Source of the DNA: an uncultured Eubacteriales bacterium
Lineage (GTDB): Bacteria > Bacillota > Clostridia > TANB77 > CAG-508
Direction of reading: 5' to 3'
Assembly: GCA_902787685.1 (NCBI GenBank)
Contig: CADAHH010000003.1
Location: forward strand, 113,472 to 177,471
DNA: 64,000 bases
Part shown: one piece after another, positions 38,645 to 47,899 of the stretch
How positions within the stretch are numbered: the first letter of the stretch is position 1
Layout: every line of letters starts with the position of its first letter
Translations under genes and position numbers: made by a program
The notes under the pieces: generated by a model
Database searches by the model: none
What the model was told of the DNA's origin: nothing
The model's input: only the letters and a program-made list of their open reading frames with translations

Positions 38645-41263
38645 ATGCCAGAAAACCAAGATGAAGTAAAAGTAAAACAAATGATAGATGAATTAGTTGA
38701 AAAAGCTAAAATAGCATCTAAAGAGTTTTTAAAATTAGACCAAAAAACAGTAGATAATATTACAAAAGCAATGTCAATGGCTGGTTTAGAGCATCATATG
38801 GAACTTGCAAAAATGGCAGTTGAAGAAACTGGTCGAGGAATTTATGAAGATAAAATAACAAAGAATATGTTTGCAACTGAATATATTTATCATAGTATAA
38901 AATATGAAAAAACAGTTGGAATAATTAATGAAAATGATGAAGATGATTATGTTGAAATTGCAGAACCAGTTGGAGTTATTGCAGGAGTTACACCAGTTAC
39001 AAACCCAACCTCAACTACAATGTTTAAATCAATAATTTCAGCAAAAACTAGAAATGTAATTATTTTTGGCTTCCACCCATCTGCCCAAAAATGTTCTGTA
39101 AGAGCAGCAGAGATTTTAAGAGATGCTGCAGTAAAAGCAGGAGCTCCAGAAAATTGCATTTTATGGATACCAGAGCCATCAGTTTTAGCTACTCGTATTC
39201 TTATGAATCATCCGGGAGTTGATTTAATATTAGCAACAGGTGGAACTGGAATGGTAAAATCAGCTTATTCATGTGGCAAACCAGCATTAGGAGTAGGACC
39301 TGGAAATGTTCCATGTATTGTTGAAAAAACAGCAAAATTAAAAACATCAGTTAATGATATTGTAATGTCAAAAGCATTTGATAATGGTATGATATGTGCT
39401 TCTGAACAAGCTGTTTTAGTTGAAAAAGAAATATATCAAGAATTTGAAAAATTAATGAGAGATGCAGGATGTTATTTTGTGAGTCCTGAAGAAAAAGAAA
39501 AATTAAAAAATACAATGTTTGAATGGAGCGAAGAATGGGGATTTAAATTAAAATCATATATCCCTGGAAAAAGCCCATATAGTATTGCTAAAGAAGCAGG
39601 ATTTGAAATTCCGGAAGATACAAAAGTAATTGTTGTATATGAAGAAGGAATTGGCCCAGAATATCCATTTTCTAAAGAAAAATTAAGTCCAGTATTAACA
39701 TATTATATTACTGAAACCTATGAAGAAGCATTAGATAAGGCAGAAAGCCTACTTGAATTCGGAGGGCTTGGACATACAGCAGTAATACATTCAGAGGATA
39801 GAGACAAAATATTAGAATTTTCAGAAAAAATGAAAGCTGGTAGAATAATAGTTAATTCACCTTCAACTCATGGTGGTATAGGAGATATTTATAATACAAA
39901 TATGCCATCATTAACACTTGGTTGTGGTTCGTTTGGAGGAAACTCTACAACTGCAAATATATCAAGTGTAAATCTTATAAATGTTAAAAGAGTTGCAAGG
40001 AGGACAGTTAATATGCAATGGTTTAAAATACCAGAAAAAATATATTTTGAATCAGGATCAATTAAGTATTTAGAAAAAATGCCTGATATAGAAAGAGCAT
40101 TTATTGTTACAGATCCTGGAATGGTTCAATTTGGATATGTTGATAAAATAATATATCATTTAAGAAAAAGAGAACATCATGTACACTGTGAAATATTTTC
40201 AGATGTTGAATCAGATCCATCATTTGAAACTGTAAATAAAGGCTTAGAATTAATGAACAATTTTAAACCTGATGTTATAATTGCATTAGGTGGGGGCTCA
40301 GCTATAGATGCAGCTAAAGGAATGTGGCTATTTTATGAACACCCAGATGCAGATCCAGAGGGATTGAAATTAAAGTTTATGGATATAAGAAAAAGAACTT
40401 ATAAATTCCCAAAACTTGGAGTAAAAGCAAAAATGGTTGCAATTCCTACAACATCTGGAACAGGTTCGGAAGTTACATCTTTTGCGGTTTTAACAGATAA
40501 AGTTAATAATAAAAAATATCCTTTAGCTGATTATGAATTAACTCCTGATGTAGCAATTGTAGATCCGGATTTAGTTATGAGTTTACCCAAATCAATTACA
40601 GCTGACACAGGTATGGATGTTTTAACACATGCAATTGAAAGCTATGTCTCAAATATGGCATCAGATTTTACAGATGGATTAGCTGAAAAAGCAGTGGAGC
40701 TTGTATTAAAATATTTAATTGAAGCATACGAACATGGAGATAATAAAATAGCTCGTGAAAAGATGCACAATGCAAGTACAATAGCAGGAATGGCATTTAC
40801 AAATGCATTTTTAGGAATTAATCATTCACTTGCTCATAAAATAGGTGCAGAGTTCCATTTACCACATGGAAGAATTAATGCAATTTTACTTCCTTATGTA
40901 ATAAAATATAATAGTAGCAAGCCAAGTAAATTTGTATCATTTCCTAAATATGAATACTTTATTGCAGATGAAAAATATGCAGAGCTTGCTAAAAAAGTTG
41001 GATTAAAGGCAGATACGGTTGAACAAGGAATAGAATCATTAATAGAAAAAATTCAAGAATTAAACGAAAAATTAAACATTCCAAAATCATTTAAAGAAGC
41101 AGGAATAGATGAAGAAGATTTTATGTCTAAAATAGAGATGCTTGCAGATAGAGCATTTGAAGACCAATGCACAAATGCAAATCCAAGAGTTCCATTAGTT
41201 GAAGAAATGAAACAAATTTTGAGAGATAGTTATTATGGGGTGGAGATTTTTGCGACTGAATAA
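38645..41263 (+). CDS. adhE: Bifunctional acetaldehyde-CoA / alcohol dehydrogenase
   Basis: 872 aa. N-terminal aldehyde dehydrogenase domain (..MICASEQAVLV..) fused to an iron-type alcohol dehydrogenase (GGGSAIDAAKGMW, ..HSLAHKIGAEFHLPHG..). Confidence 0.9.
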   Translation: MPENQDEVKVKQMIDELVEKAKIASKEFLKLDQKTVDNITKAMSMAGLEHHMELAKMAVEETGRGIYEDKITKNMFATEYIYHSIKYEKTVGIINENDEDDYVEIAEPVGVIAGVTPVTNPTSTTMFKSIISAKTRNVIIFGFHPSAQKCSVRAAEILRDAAVKAGAPENCILWIPEPSVLATRILMNHPGVDLILATGGTGMVKSAYSCGKPALGVGPGNVPCIVEKTAKLKTSVNDIVMSKAFDNGMICASEQAVLVEKEIYQEFEKLMRDAGCYFVSPEEKEKLKNTMFEWSEEWGFKLKSYIPGKSPYSIAKEAGFEIPEDTKVIVVYEEGIGPEYPFSKEKLSPVLTYYITETYEEALDKAESLLEFGGLGHTAVIHSEDRDKILEFSEKMKAGRIIVNSPSTHGGIGDIYNTNMPSLTLGCGSFGGNSTTANISSVNLINVKRVARRTVNMQWFKIPEKIYFESGSIKYLEKMPDIERAFIVTDPGMVQFGYVDKIIYHLRKREHHVHCEIFSDVESDPSFETVNKGLELMNNFKPDVIIALGGGSAIDAAKGMWLFYEHPDADPEGLKLKFMDIRKRTYKFPKLGVKAKMVAIPTTSGTGSEVTSFAVLTDKVNNKKYPLADYELTPDVAIVDPDLVMSLPKSITADTGMDVLTHAIESYVSNMASDFTDGLAEKAVELVLKYLIEAYEHGDNKIAREKMHNASTIAGMAFTNAFLGINHSLAHKIGAEFHLPHGRINAILLPYVIKYNSSKPSKFVSFPKYEYFIADEKYAELAKKVGLKADTVEQGIESLIEKIQELNEKLNIPKSFKEAGIDEEDFMSKIEMLADRAFEDQCTNANPRVPLVEEMKQILRDSYYGVEIFATE

Positions 41264-41290
41264 TAGTTTAAATGATTGTTACTTTTAAAA

Positions 41291-41489
41291 TAGCTAATAT
41301 ATATATTTTTCGAAAAATCTCGGCTCAATACACATTAAAGAAATTCTAATTTAATAAAATGAGCCTCTTTCACTCAGACCCTCTGCGCTACGCTTGAGTA
41401 CCGTGAACATTCCTCATTTTATTAAATAATAATTTCTAATAATGCTCCAATCACATTCGATTTATTCTCAAAATATTATATATTAGCTA
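41291..41489 (+). repeat. Foldback repeat, family B, copy 2 (downstream of adhE, same orientation as copy 1)
   Basis: tagctaatatatatattttt ... aaaatattatatattagcta inverted ends. The interior is near-identical to 38303-38509. Confidence 0.8.
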
Positions 41490-41672
41490 TTTATAAGAGT
41501 ATGCTACTTAAACTATTATTCAGTAAAAAATTTTTGTAATATTACATTACCTCAAAGCATATAATATTAGTGGGACAAAGAGTTTGAAAGATATTTCCAA
41601 ATCCTACCAAATTTGACATTTTTCGTAAAATTTGGTATAATATTATTTGTTGTTAAAGGAGGTATTTGTTTT

Positions 41673-42626
41673 ATGCATAAAATAAGCAAAAACAAGCTAA
41701 CAATAATAAAACTTACATGTACATTTTTGATTTTAATTTTACTTTCAGGATTTGGAGTAATGACTGTTGCAACAAATTTGAATAGTGTTAAAATCGAACT
41801 ATCAAATGGTTATGAAATGACTGTACTTACATCAAAAACAAATGTAAAAGATATATTAGAAGATAATAACATAATAGTAAATGAAGATGAAAAAGTTTCA
41901 CCAAATCAAGATGAAAATATTTCATCAGACAAAAATATTAAAATAACAAAAAAATCAGAGCAAGAAGTAGAAGTTGCAAAAGTTTCAGAAAGCGGAATTG
42001 ATGCAACATTAGACTCTTTATTAGAAGCCTATAATACAATAATAGAAAAAATCGAGACTATTGAAGAAGCAATCCCATTTGAAACAATAACAAAAGATAT
42101 TTCAGATGGAGAAGGAAACACAAGAAATCAGGTCATTCAAGAAGGAAAAGAAGGTTTAAAAAGAGTTACATATAAAGTTAAATACCAAAATGATATAGAA
42201 ATAGAAAGAACTCAAATATCAGAAGAAATAGTAGAAGAACCTGTTAACAAAATTGTTCAAGTAAAATCTAATGTTGTTTCTTCAAGATCTGAAACACCAG
42301 TTAGAGGTGCGGTTACAGGAAGTGTTGCAGAATACCAAGCATATGCTAGACAAAGAGTTTATGACTATGGTTGGTCAGATGCAGATTTTAATGCATTAGT
42401 TAACCTTTGGAATAGAGAAAGTGGATGGAGTGTAACAAATAGAAATAGAAGTTCAGGGGCTTATGGTATACCACAAGCATTACCTGCAAGTAAAATGTCA
42501 TCTGCTGGTTCAGACTATTTAACAAACTACAAAACTCAAATTAATTGGGGATTAAGTTATATAAAATCAAGATATGGTTCACCATCAAATGCATGGAGTT
42601 CATTTAGGGCAAAAGGATGGTATTAA
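41673..42626 (+). CDS. Secreted DUF348-G5 protein with a C-terminal transglycosylase-like domain
   Basis: N-terminal TM. DUF348-like VKIELSNGYEMTVLTSKTNVKDIL. G5 (IPFETITKDISDGEGNTRNQVIQEGKEGLKRVTYKV). C-terminal WNRESGWSVTNRNRSSGAYGIPQALP...WGLSYIKSRYGSP. The start is at the ATG after AAAGGAGG. Confidence 0.7.
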   Translation: MHKISKNKLTIIKLTCTFLILILLSGFGVMTVATNLNSVKIELSNGYEMTVLTSKTNVKDILEDNNIIVNEDEKVSPNQDENISSDKNIKITKKSEQEVEVAKVSESGIDATLDSLLEAYNTIIEKIETIEEAIPFETITKDISDGEGNTRNQVIQEGKEGLKRVTYKVKYQNDIEIERTQISEEIVEEPVNKIVQVKSNVVSSRSETPVRGAVTGSVAEYQAYARQRVYDYGWSDADFNALVNLWNRESGWSVTNRNRSSGAYGIPQALPASKMSSAGSDYLTNYKTQINWGLSYIKSRYGSPSNAWSSFRAKGWY

Positions 42627-42640
42627 AATATAAATATTAA

Positions 42641-42664
42641 AATGCAAGAACATACTCTTGCATT
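42641..42664 (+). terminator. Rho-independent terminator
   Basis: aatgcaaga acatac tcttgcatt followed by ttttt. Confidence 0.75.
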
Positions 42665-42691
42665 TTTTTCAATAATTCATTATTAAAGGTT

Positions 42692-42860
42692 AGAAAGCCT
42701 AAATATATTATTTTTCAATCACTTGGTGTCGAAATCTTTATGTACCTGTAATTTTTCTTGCGAAAAATTCAGCTACAATGTCGATTTCTCCAGTCGCCCT
42801 GCGCTTCGCTCCGGTTGTTCGGCTTACGCGTGATTTCAAAATAATATATTTAGGCTTTCT
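42692..42860. repeat. Foldback repeat, family C (169 bp)
   Basis: Perfect 23-bp terminal inverted repeats agaaagcctaaatatattatttt / aaaataatatatttaggctttct. The GC-richer core ctccagtcgccctgcgcttcgctccggttgttcggc resembles the family B core. Confidence 0.75.
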
Positions 42861-42965
42861 TCGATAAATAATTTAATCAATTTTTCCTTGTTTTTTTGCG
42901 CATTTTATAGTAAAATAATGGTGGACAAACAGAACCGGTACCAATGTACCCAAAGTGAGGAGTAT

Positions 42966-43754
42966 ATGAAATTAGTATCATGGAATGTTAATGGAATTAG
43001 AGCCTGTGTAAAAAAGGGTTTTGAAGAATTCTTTTCAAAGGTTGATGCGGATATTTTTTGCGTTCAAGAAACTAAAATGCAAATTTCAGATAGTGAAAAT
43101 AGTCAAGATATTAAAGAAATAATGAATATGCCAATTTTTAATAATTATTTCTCATACTGGAATAGTGCTCAAAAGAAAGGATATTCGGGAACAGCAATTT
43201 TTACGAAAAAAGAACCAATTAGTATTACATATGGAATTGGAATAGAAGAACATGATAAAGAAGGAAGAGTAATTACTTTAGAATTTGAAGATTTTTATAT
43301 GGTAAATATTTATACTCCTAATTCTAAAAGAGAACTTGAAAGATTAGATTATAGGCAAATTTGGGAAGATGAAATTAGAAGGTATTTGTTAGATTTAAAG
43401 AAAAAAAAGCCAGTAATTATGTGTGGAGATTTAAATGTAGCACATAAAGAAATAGATTTAAAAAATCCAAAAACTAATAGAAGAAATGCAGGTTTTACAG
43501 ATGAAGAAAGAGAGAAGATGACAGAACTTTTAAATGCAGGATTTACAGATTCTTTTAGATATCTATATCCTGAAAAGCAAGATGCATATACTTGGTGGTC
43601 TTATATGGGACATGCTAGAGAAAAAAATGTAGGATGGAGAATAGATTATTTTATAGTATCTAATGATATAAAAGAAAAAATAGACGAGGCAGAAATTTAT
43701 CCAGAAATAATGGGTAGTGATCATTGTCCAATCGGTTTGGAAATTGAATTTTAA
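42966..43754 (+). CDS. xth: Exodeoxyribonuclease III
   Basis: MKLVSWNVNGIRA, FCVQETK, MCGDLNVAH, WWSY..., GSDHCPI. The start is at the ATG after 'gtgaggagtat'; the track ORF begins 78 nt upstream. Confidence 0.9.
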   Translation: MKLVSWNVNGIRACVKKGFEEFFSKVDADIFCVQETKMQISDSENSQDIKEIMNMPIFNNYFSYWNSAQKKGYSGTAIFTKKEPISITYGIGIEEHDKEGRVITLEFEDFYMVNIYTPNSKRELERLDYRQIWEDEIRRYLLDLKKKKPVIMCGDLNVAHKEIDLKNPKTNRRNAGFTDEEREKMTELLNAGFTDSFRYLYPEKQDAYTWWSYMGHAREKNVGWRIDYFIVSNDIKEKIDEAEIYPEIMGSDHCPIGLEIEF

Positions 43755-43782
43755 TATATTAAGGAGAAGGGAGCAAATTACA

Positions 43783-44904
43783 ATGAAAAATGAAATCAAG
43801 AGTCATTGGCATGCATGGGTTTTTTATATTACTATTGGAATTGTTTTAATTATAGCATTTAAAGCATTAGATAGTATTGGGTTTTTAGTAACAGGATTTT
43901 TAAAATTAATTGGCATACTATCACCATTTTTATTTGGGCTTCTTATAGCTTATTTACTATACATTCCAGAGAGAAAGATTGAAGGACTTTTAAAAAACAA
44001 TAAAAAAAGAATTATTAGAAAACATTCTAGAAAAATATCAATTTTAATAACTTATTTGATAGCTTTATTAATTATAATACTAATTATTAATGTAATACTC
44101 CCAGTTTTAATAGCAAGTGTAAATGAACTGGTATCTAATGTTCCAAGCTATTATTCAAGATTAATTGAAACATATAATAATTTACCTAATGATTCGTTTT
44201 TTAAAACAGAACAAGTTTATAATGCTTTAAAAGAATTACAAAATTTTGATTTAAAACAATATATCAATATTGAAAAAATAACACAATATATTAAAGGAGC
44301 TGTAGGAGTTGCAAGAGGTGTATTTGATGTTTTTGTAGCTGTTGTAGTTTCAATATATATTTTATCTGAGAGAAATCAAATATTTAATTTTTTAGGTAGA
44401 TTATCAAAAGCAACTTTTAAAGAAAGTACATGTAATTATATTGAAAAATATTTTTATAGGTCAAATGGAGTGTTTTTCAAATTTATATCAAGTCAATTTA
44501 TAGATGCAATTGTAGTTGGAGTTTTAACAACAATTGCTATGAGTATATTAAAAGTTAAATATGCATCACTATTAGGCTTTACTATAGGATTATTTAATAT
44601 GATTCCATACTTTGGAGCTATTGTGGCTGTTATGATTGCTAGCATTATTACATTTATTACAGGTGGATTTTCAAAAGCAATTATTATGCTTGTAGTAGTA
44701 GTTATTTTACAACAAATAGATGCAAATGTAATCAACCCTAAAATTATAGGAGATTCTTTAAAAATAAGTCCACTTCTTGTTATATTATCAGTAACAATTG
44801 GAGGAGCATACTTTGGAATTATTGGTATGTTTTTAGGAGTACCTATAGCAGCAGTATTAAAAATCCTGGTAAATGATTACATTGACAGCAAAGTAAAAGA
44901 GTAG
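43783..44904 (+). CDS. AI-2E family transporter (PerM/UPF0118)
   Basis: Polytopic membrane protein. ..GLFNMIPYFGAIVA.., ..NVINPKIIGDSLKISPLLVILS.. are typical of the family. The start is at the ATG after 'aaggagaagggag'. Confidence 0.75.
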   Translation: MKNEIKSHWHAWVFYITIGIVLIIAFKALDSIGFLVTGFLKLIGILSPFLFGLLIAYLLYIPERKIEGLLKNNKKRIIRKHSRKISILITYLIALLIIILIINVILPVLIASVNELVSNVPSYYSRLIETYNNLPNDSFFKTEQVYNALKELQNFDLKQYINIEKITQYIKGAVGVARGVFDVFVAVVVSIYILSERNQIFNFLGRLSKATFKESTCNYIEKYFYRSNGVFFKFISSQFIDAIVVGVLTTIAMSILKVKYASLLGFTIGLFNMIPYFGAIVAVMIASIITFITGGFSKAIIMLVVVVILQQIDANVINPKIIGDSLKISPLLVILSVTIGGAYFGIIGMFLGVPIAAVLKILVNDYIDSKVKE

Positions 44905-44945
44905 TATAGTATATATGGCATATTCTAATTAAGGAGAAAAAATCT

Positions 44946-46142
44946 ATGTACCTAAAATCTAAAGGCAAAATTATAATAAAATTTAGTATTTCTTGGTTTA
45001 TATTAGGCATTATAATTATTGGACTAGCTATTGCATTTTTCAAAAATAAGATATTTGCAACAAATACATATGAAAAAGAAGAGCAAATAGTAGCTTTTGA
45101 AAAAAATCAAAATGCTGTAGATATTGTACAAGTTATGCTAAAAAATACAAATTCAAACAAAAAAATGGTTAATGAAAAAAGAGATATAGTATTTACAACT
45201 GAATATGAGCAAAACCCTAATTTGCCTAAAGATGAGGAACAAGTAAAACAAGAAGGCAAAAATGGAAAAATACAAGTTACAGCACTTCAAGAATATCAAA
45301 ATGAAGAAATGACTGGAGAAGAAATAATTGAAAGTACAACTTTGGAAGAGGTTATAACACAAATAATTTATGTTGGAACTTCTGAATTTATGAAAAAGTA
45401 TAATGTTCATATAGATGATAATATGTATTTATTAGAAGCAGAAGATTTAAAAGAAGAAGCTAAAGATGATTCAAATACAATAGTTAATATTCCAAGATAT
45501 TTAAATGTTACACTTAAGGAAGCTGGAGAAGAATGGATAAAAGTTTCTTATAAAGGCCAAGAAGGATATTTAAAAACAACAAATATTACATCTGAAACTG
45601 TTACACCATTAATCACAGAAAAAAATAGAGTTGCAGAACTAAAAAATAATTTAAATATAGAAATGGATTTAACAAATAAAAGTGGCTTGACACTTAGTGA
45701 TTATAAAACAATGCTATCAAATATTTCATTTGACAGAAATGGTATATTTGAACAAAATGCAGAGGTATTTTATAATGCAGAACAAAAATATAAAATAAAT
45801 GGGATTTTCTTAGCAGCAATTGGCATTCATGAAAGTGGATGGGGCACATCAAAACTAGCTTCAGAAAAATATAATTTATTTGGTTATATGGCATTTGATA
45901 GAGATCCATATAATAGTGCTACAACATTTGAAAATTATGAAAATTCAATAAATACAGTCGCAGAGGCTTTAGCTAAAAATTATTTGTATGTTAATGGTAC
46001 AAAAATAAATGATGATATTACTGCTAGAGGAACATATTTTAATGGTACTACAATTCAATCTGTAAATACTAGATATGCCTCAGATCAAGGATGGTATGAA
46101 AAGGTTTATGGATATATGCAGTATTTATACAATAGACTATAA
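44946..46142 (+). CDS. Cell-wall hydrolase: G5 plus SH3-like plus N-acetylglucosaminidase (LytD-type) domains
   Basis: N-terminal TM. G5 (TTEYEQNPNLPKDEEQVKQEGKNGKIQV). SH3-like (LNVTLKEAGEEWIKVSYKGQEGYLK). Glucosaminidase motif INGIFLAAIGIHESGWGTSKLASEKYNLFGY. Confidence 0.75.
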   Translation: MYLKSKGKIIIKFSISWFILGIIIIGLAIAFFKNKIFATNTYEKEEQIVAFEKNQNAVDIVQVMLKNTNSNKKMVNEKRDIVFTTEYEQNPNLPKDEEQVKQEGKNGKIQVTALQEYQNEEMTGEEIIESTTLEEVITQIIYVGTSEFMKKYNVHIDDNMYLLEAEDLKEEAKDDSNTIVNIPRYLNVTLKEAGEEWIKVSYKGQEGYLKTTNITSETVTPLITEKNRVAELKNNLNIEMDLTNKSGLTLSDYKTMLSNISFDRNGIFEQNAEVFYNAEQKYKINGIFLAAIGIHESGWGTSKLASEKYNLFGYMAFDRDPYNSATTFENYENSINTVAEALAKNYLYVNGTKINDDITARGTYFNGTTIQSVNTRYASDQGWYEKVYGYMQYLYNRL

Positions 46143-46245
46143 TTAAACGAATGAAAAGCTTCGTCTTGCGTTGTGTTTTCTGGCGTTGTGTTTTCTTGCG
46201 TTGTTAGAAGGATTGATATTGGAAGTCGTAGGTAGGAAGTAGGAA

Positions 46246-47055
46246 ATGCATATGAAAAAGATAAATAAGCGAACTTTTTGCATTGTATTATTGAGCATAA
46301 TATGTATTGTATTAATTGTTTCTTATGGTATAATAATAAAACACCATGTTATCAAAAAACAATTTTCAAGAAGCAATGTTGAATTATCTAAAAACAATGA
46401 AGAAGATGTTTTTAAAATTGAAAAATTAATTATTTGTAGTAGCGCAAATGCCACAGATAAAAGTGAAGAAAATAATCTTTCTGATTTAACTTTATACCAA
46501 TATACAGATATTGCTGTATATATTAATAATGGAGAAGAGCTTACAGATAAAAATACAATTAAAGAACTATATATAGACAATATAGAACTAAGTGGGAATA
46601 ATAATATAGGTTCCAAAAGTTTAACTTATAAAAAAGCTAATGAATTTGGACTAAAAAAAGAAATTAAAGAGCCTAAAGACAATAATGATATTTATTTTAA
46701 TGTAGTACATACAAATGAAGAAAGTCAAAATGCAAATTATGATGAACCAACTTTTTTTACAGATTGTTCTAATCCAATAACTTTAGAGTATTTAAATTAT
46801 GGAATTAAGACAAATTATAAACTTAATGAGGACAGTAAAATATCATTTGATGGTAATATTTTGGAAAGTGCAGGAATATCACCATTAGAGATAGCTTGTA
46901 AAGTAAAGTTTAAAATTAATATTATAAATAATAAAAATGAAAAATATTCATGTCCAATTAATTTTGATATCCCATTGGATGATATTTATTCAGGTACAAC
47001 AATGAAGGCTAAAAATACAAAATCTGAAAAGTATGTATTTTTTAGAGAGTATTAA
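46246..47055 (+). CDS. Membrane-anchored hypothetical protein
   Basis: 269-aa ORF with an N-terminal TM (FCIVLLSIICIVLIVSYGIII). No domain was recognised. Alternative start at 46252. Confidence 0.5.
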   Translation: MHMKKINKRTFCIVLLSIICIVLIVSYGIIIKHHVIKKQFSRSNVELSKNNEEDVFKIEKLIICSSANATDKSEENNLSDLTLYQYTDIAVYINNGEELTDKNTIKELYIDNIELSGNNNIGSKSLTYKKANEFGLKKEIKEPKDNNDIYFNVVHTNEESQNANYDEPTFFTDCSNPITLEYLNYGIKTNYKLNEDSKISFDGNILESAGISPLEIACKVKFKINIINNKNEKYSCPINFDIPLDDIYSGTTMKAKNTKSEKYVFFREY

Positions 47056-47209
47056 TAGACAATTAATAATATAAGATGAAAATAGAGTATAAAATAGATT
47101 ACATTTCATACTCTATTTTCATATTTAAAAAAATTTTAAATAAAATTAATAGAAATACAAATAATAATAAAAACAAGAAGATTATTTATTAAAAAGGAAT
47201 GTTTGTAAA

Positions 47210-47665
47210 ATGAAATTTAGAGATTATGTAAGCATTTTAAAAAGAAAAATACAAACAAAAGAAAATGCTGTATATGTATGTATAGGTTCAAGTAGGTTTT
47301 TGTGGGACAGTGTTGGGCCATTTGTAGGCAGTTTCTTAAAAGAAAAGATGAGCAATAAACTTATAATTGGAGATATGAACAATAATATTTGTGATAAAAA
47401 AGATTTATTATTTTATTATCCAAAATTAAAAAACAAATATATAGTTGCAATTGATGCTGCAATTAATAATGAACTAAAGAATGATATTTATATAAATAAT
47501 GCATATATTTCAATGGGAACAGCCTTTAATAACAATAAAGGAAATATTGGAAATGTAAGTATAAAAGCAGGAATATCAAATTGGCAGAGTATAACCATTT
47601 CAGAGGTAAAAGATATTGCACAATTTATTGCAAGAGGAATATTAAACTGTGAATTACATTCTTAG
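47210..47665 (+). CDS. YyaC-like (DUF1256) putative sporulation protease-fold protein
   Basis: VYVCIGSSRFLWDSVGPFVGSFLKEK...IVAIDAA resembles YyaC/DUF1256. The last codons and the stop lie inside a family A repeat fragment. Confidence 0.55.
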   Translation: MKFRDYVSILKRKIQTKENAVYVCIGSSRFLWDSVGPFVGSFLKEKMSNKLIIGDMNNNICDKKDLLFYYPKLKNKYIVAIDAAINNELKNDIYINNAYISMGTAFNNNKGNIGNVSIKAGISNWQSITISEVKDIAQFIARGILNCELHS

Positions 47666-47776
47666 CTTTAATATGCACGCCGTTTATTCTACATTTAGCA
47701 AAATATAGTAATCGTAAACGGCTTCAGAACTGCGAGTAGGTCGAACTCAATTTTAATATTAAATATATTCGATTTC
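47658..47776 (+). repeat. Foldback repeat family A, copy 3 (right half only)
   Basis: cttagctttaatatgcacgccgtttat...gtaaacggcttcagaactgcgagtaggtcgaactcaattttaatattaaatatattcgattt aligns with the right halves of copies 1 and 2. The left half is absent. Confidence 0.8.
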
Positions 47777-47899
47777 TTAATTTAAGTGATATGTTAGTGA
47801 AATGTAACTAAATTGTATAAATTTACACGTTTTTTTTATTGACGTAATAGGAAAAAAATGATAAAATAATGTCAAAATATTTGAAAGAAAAGAAGAATT

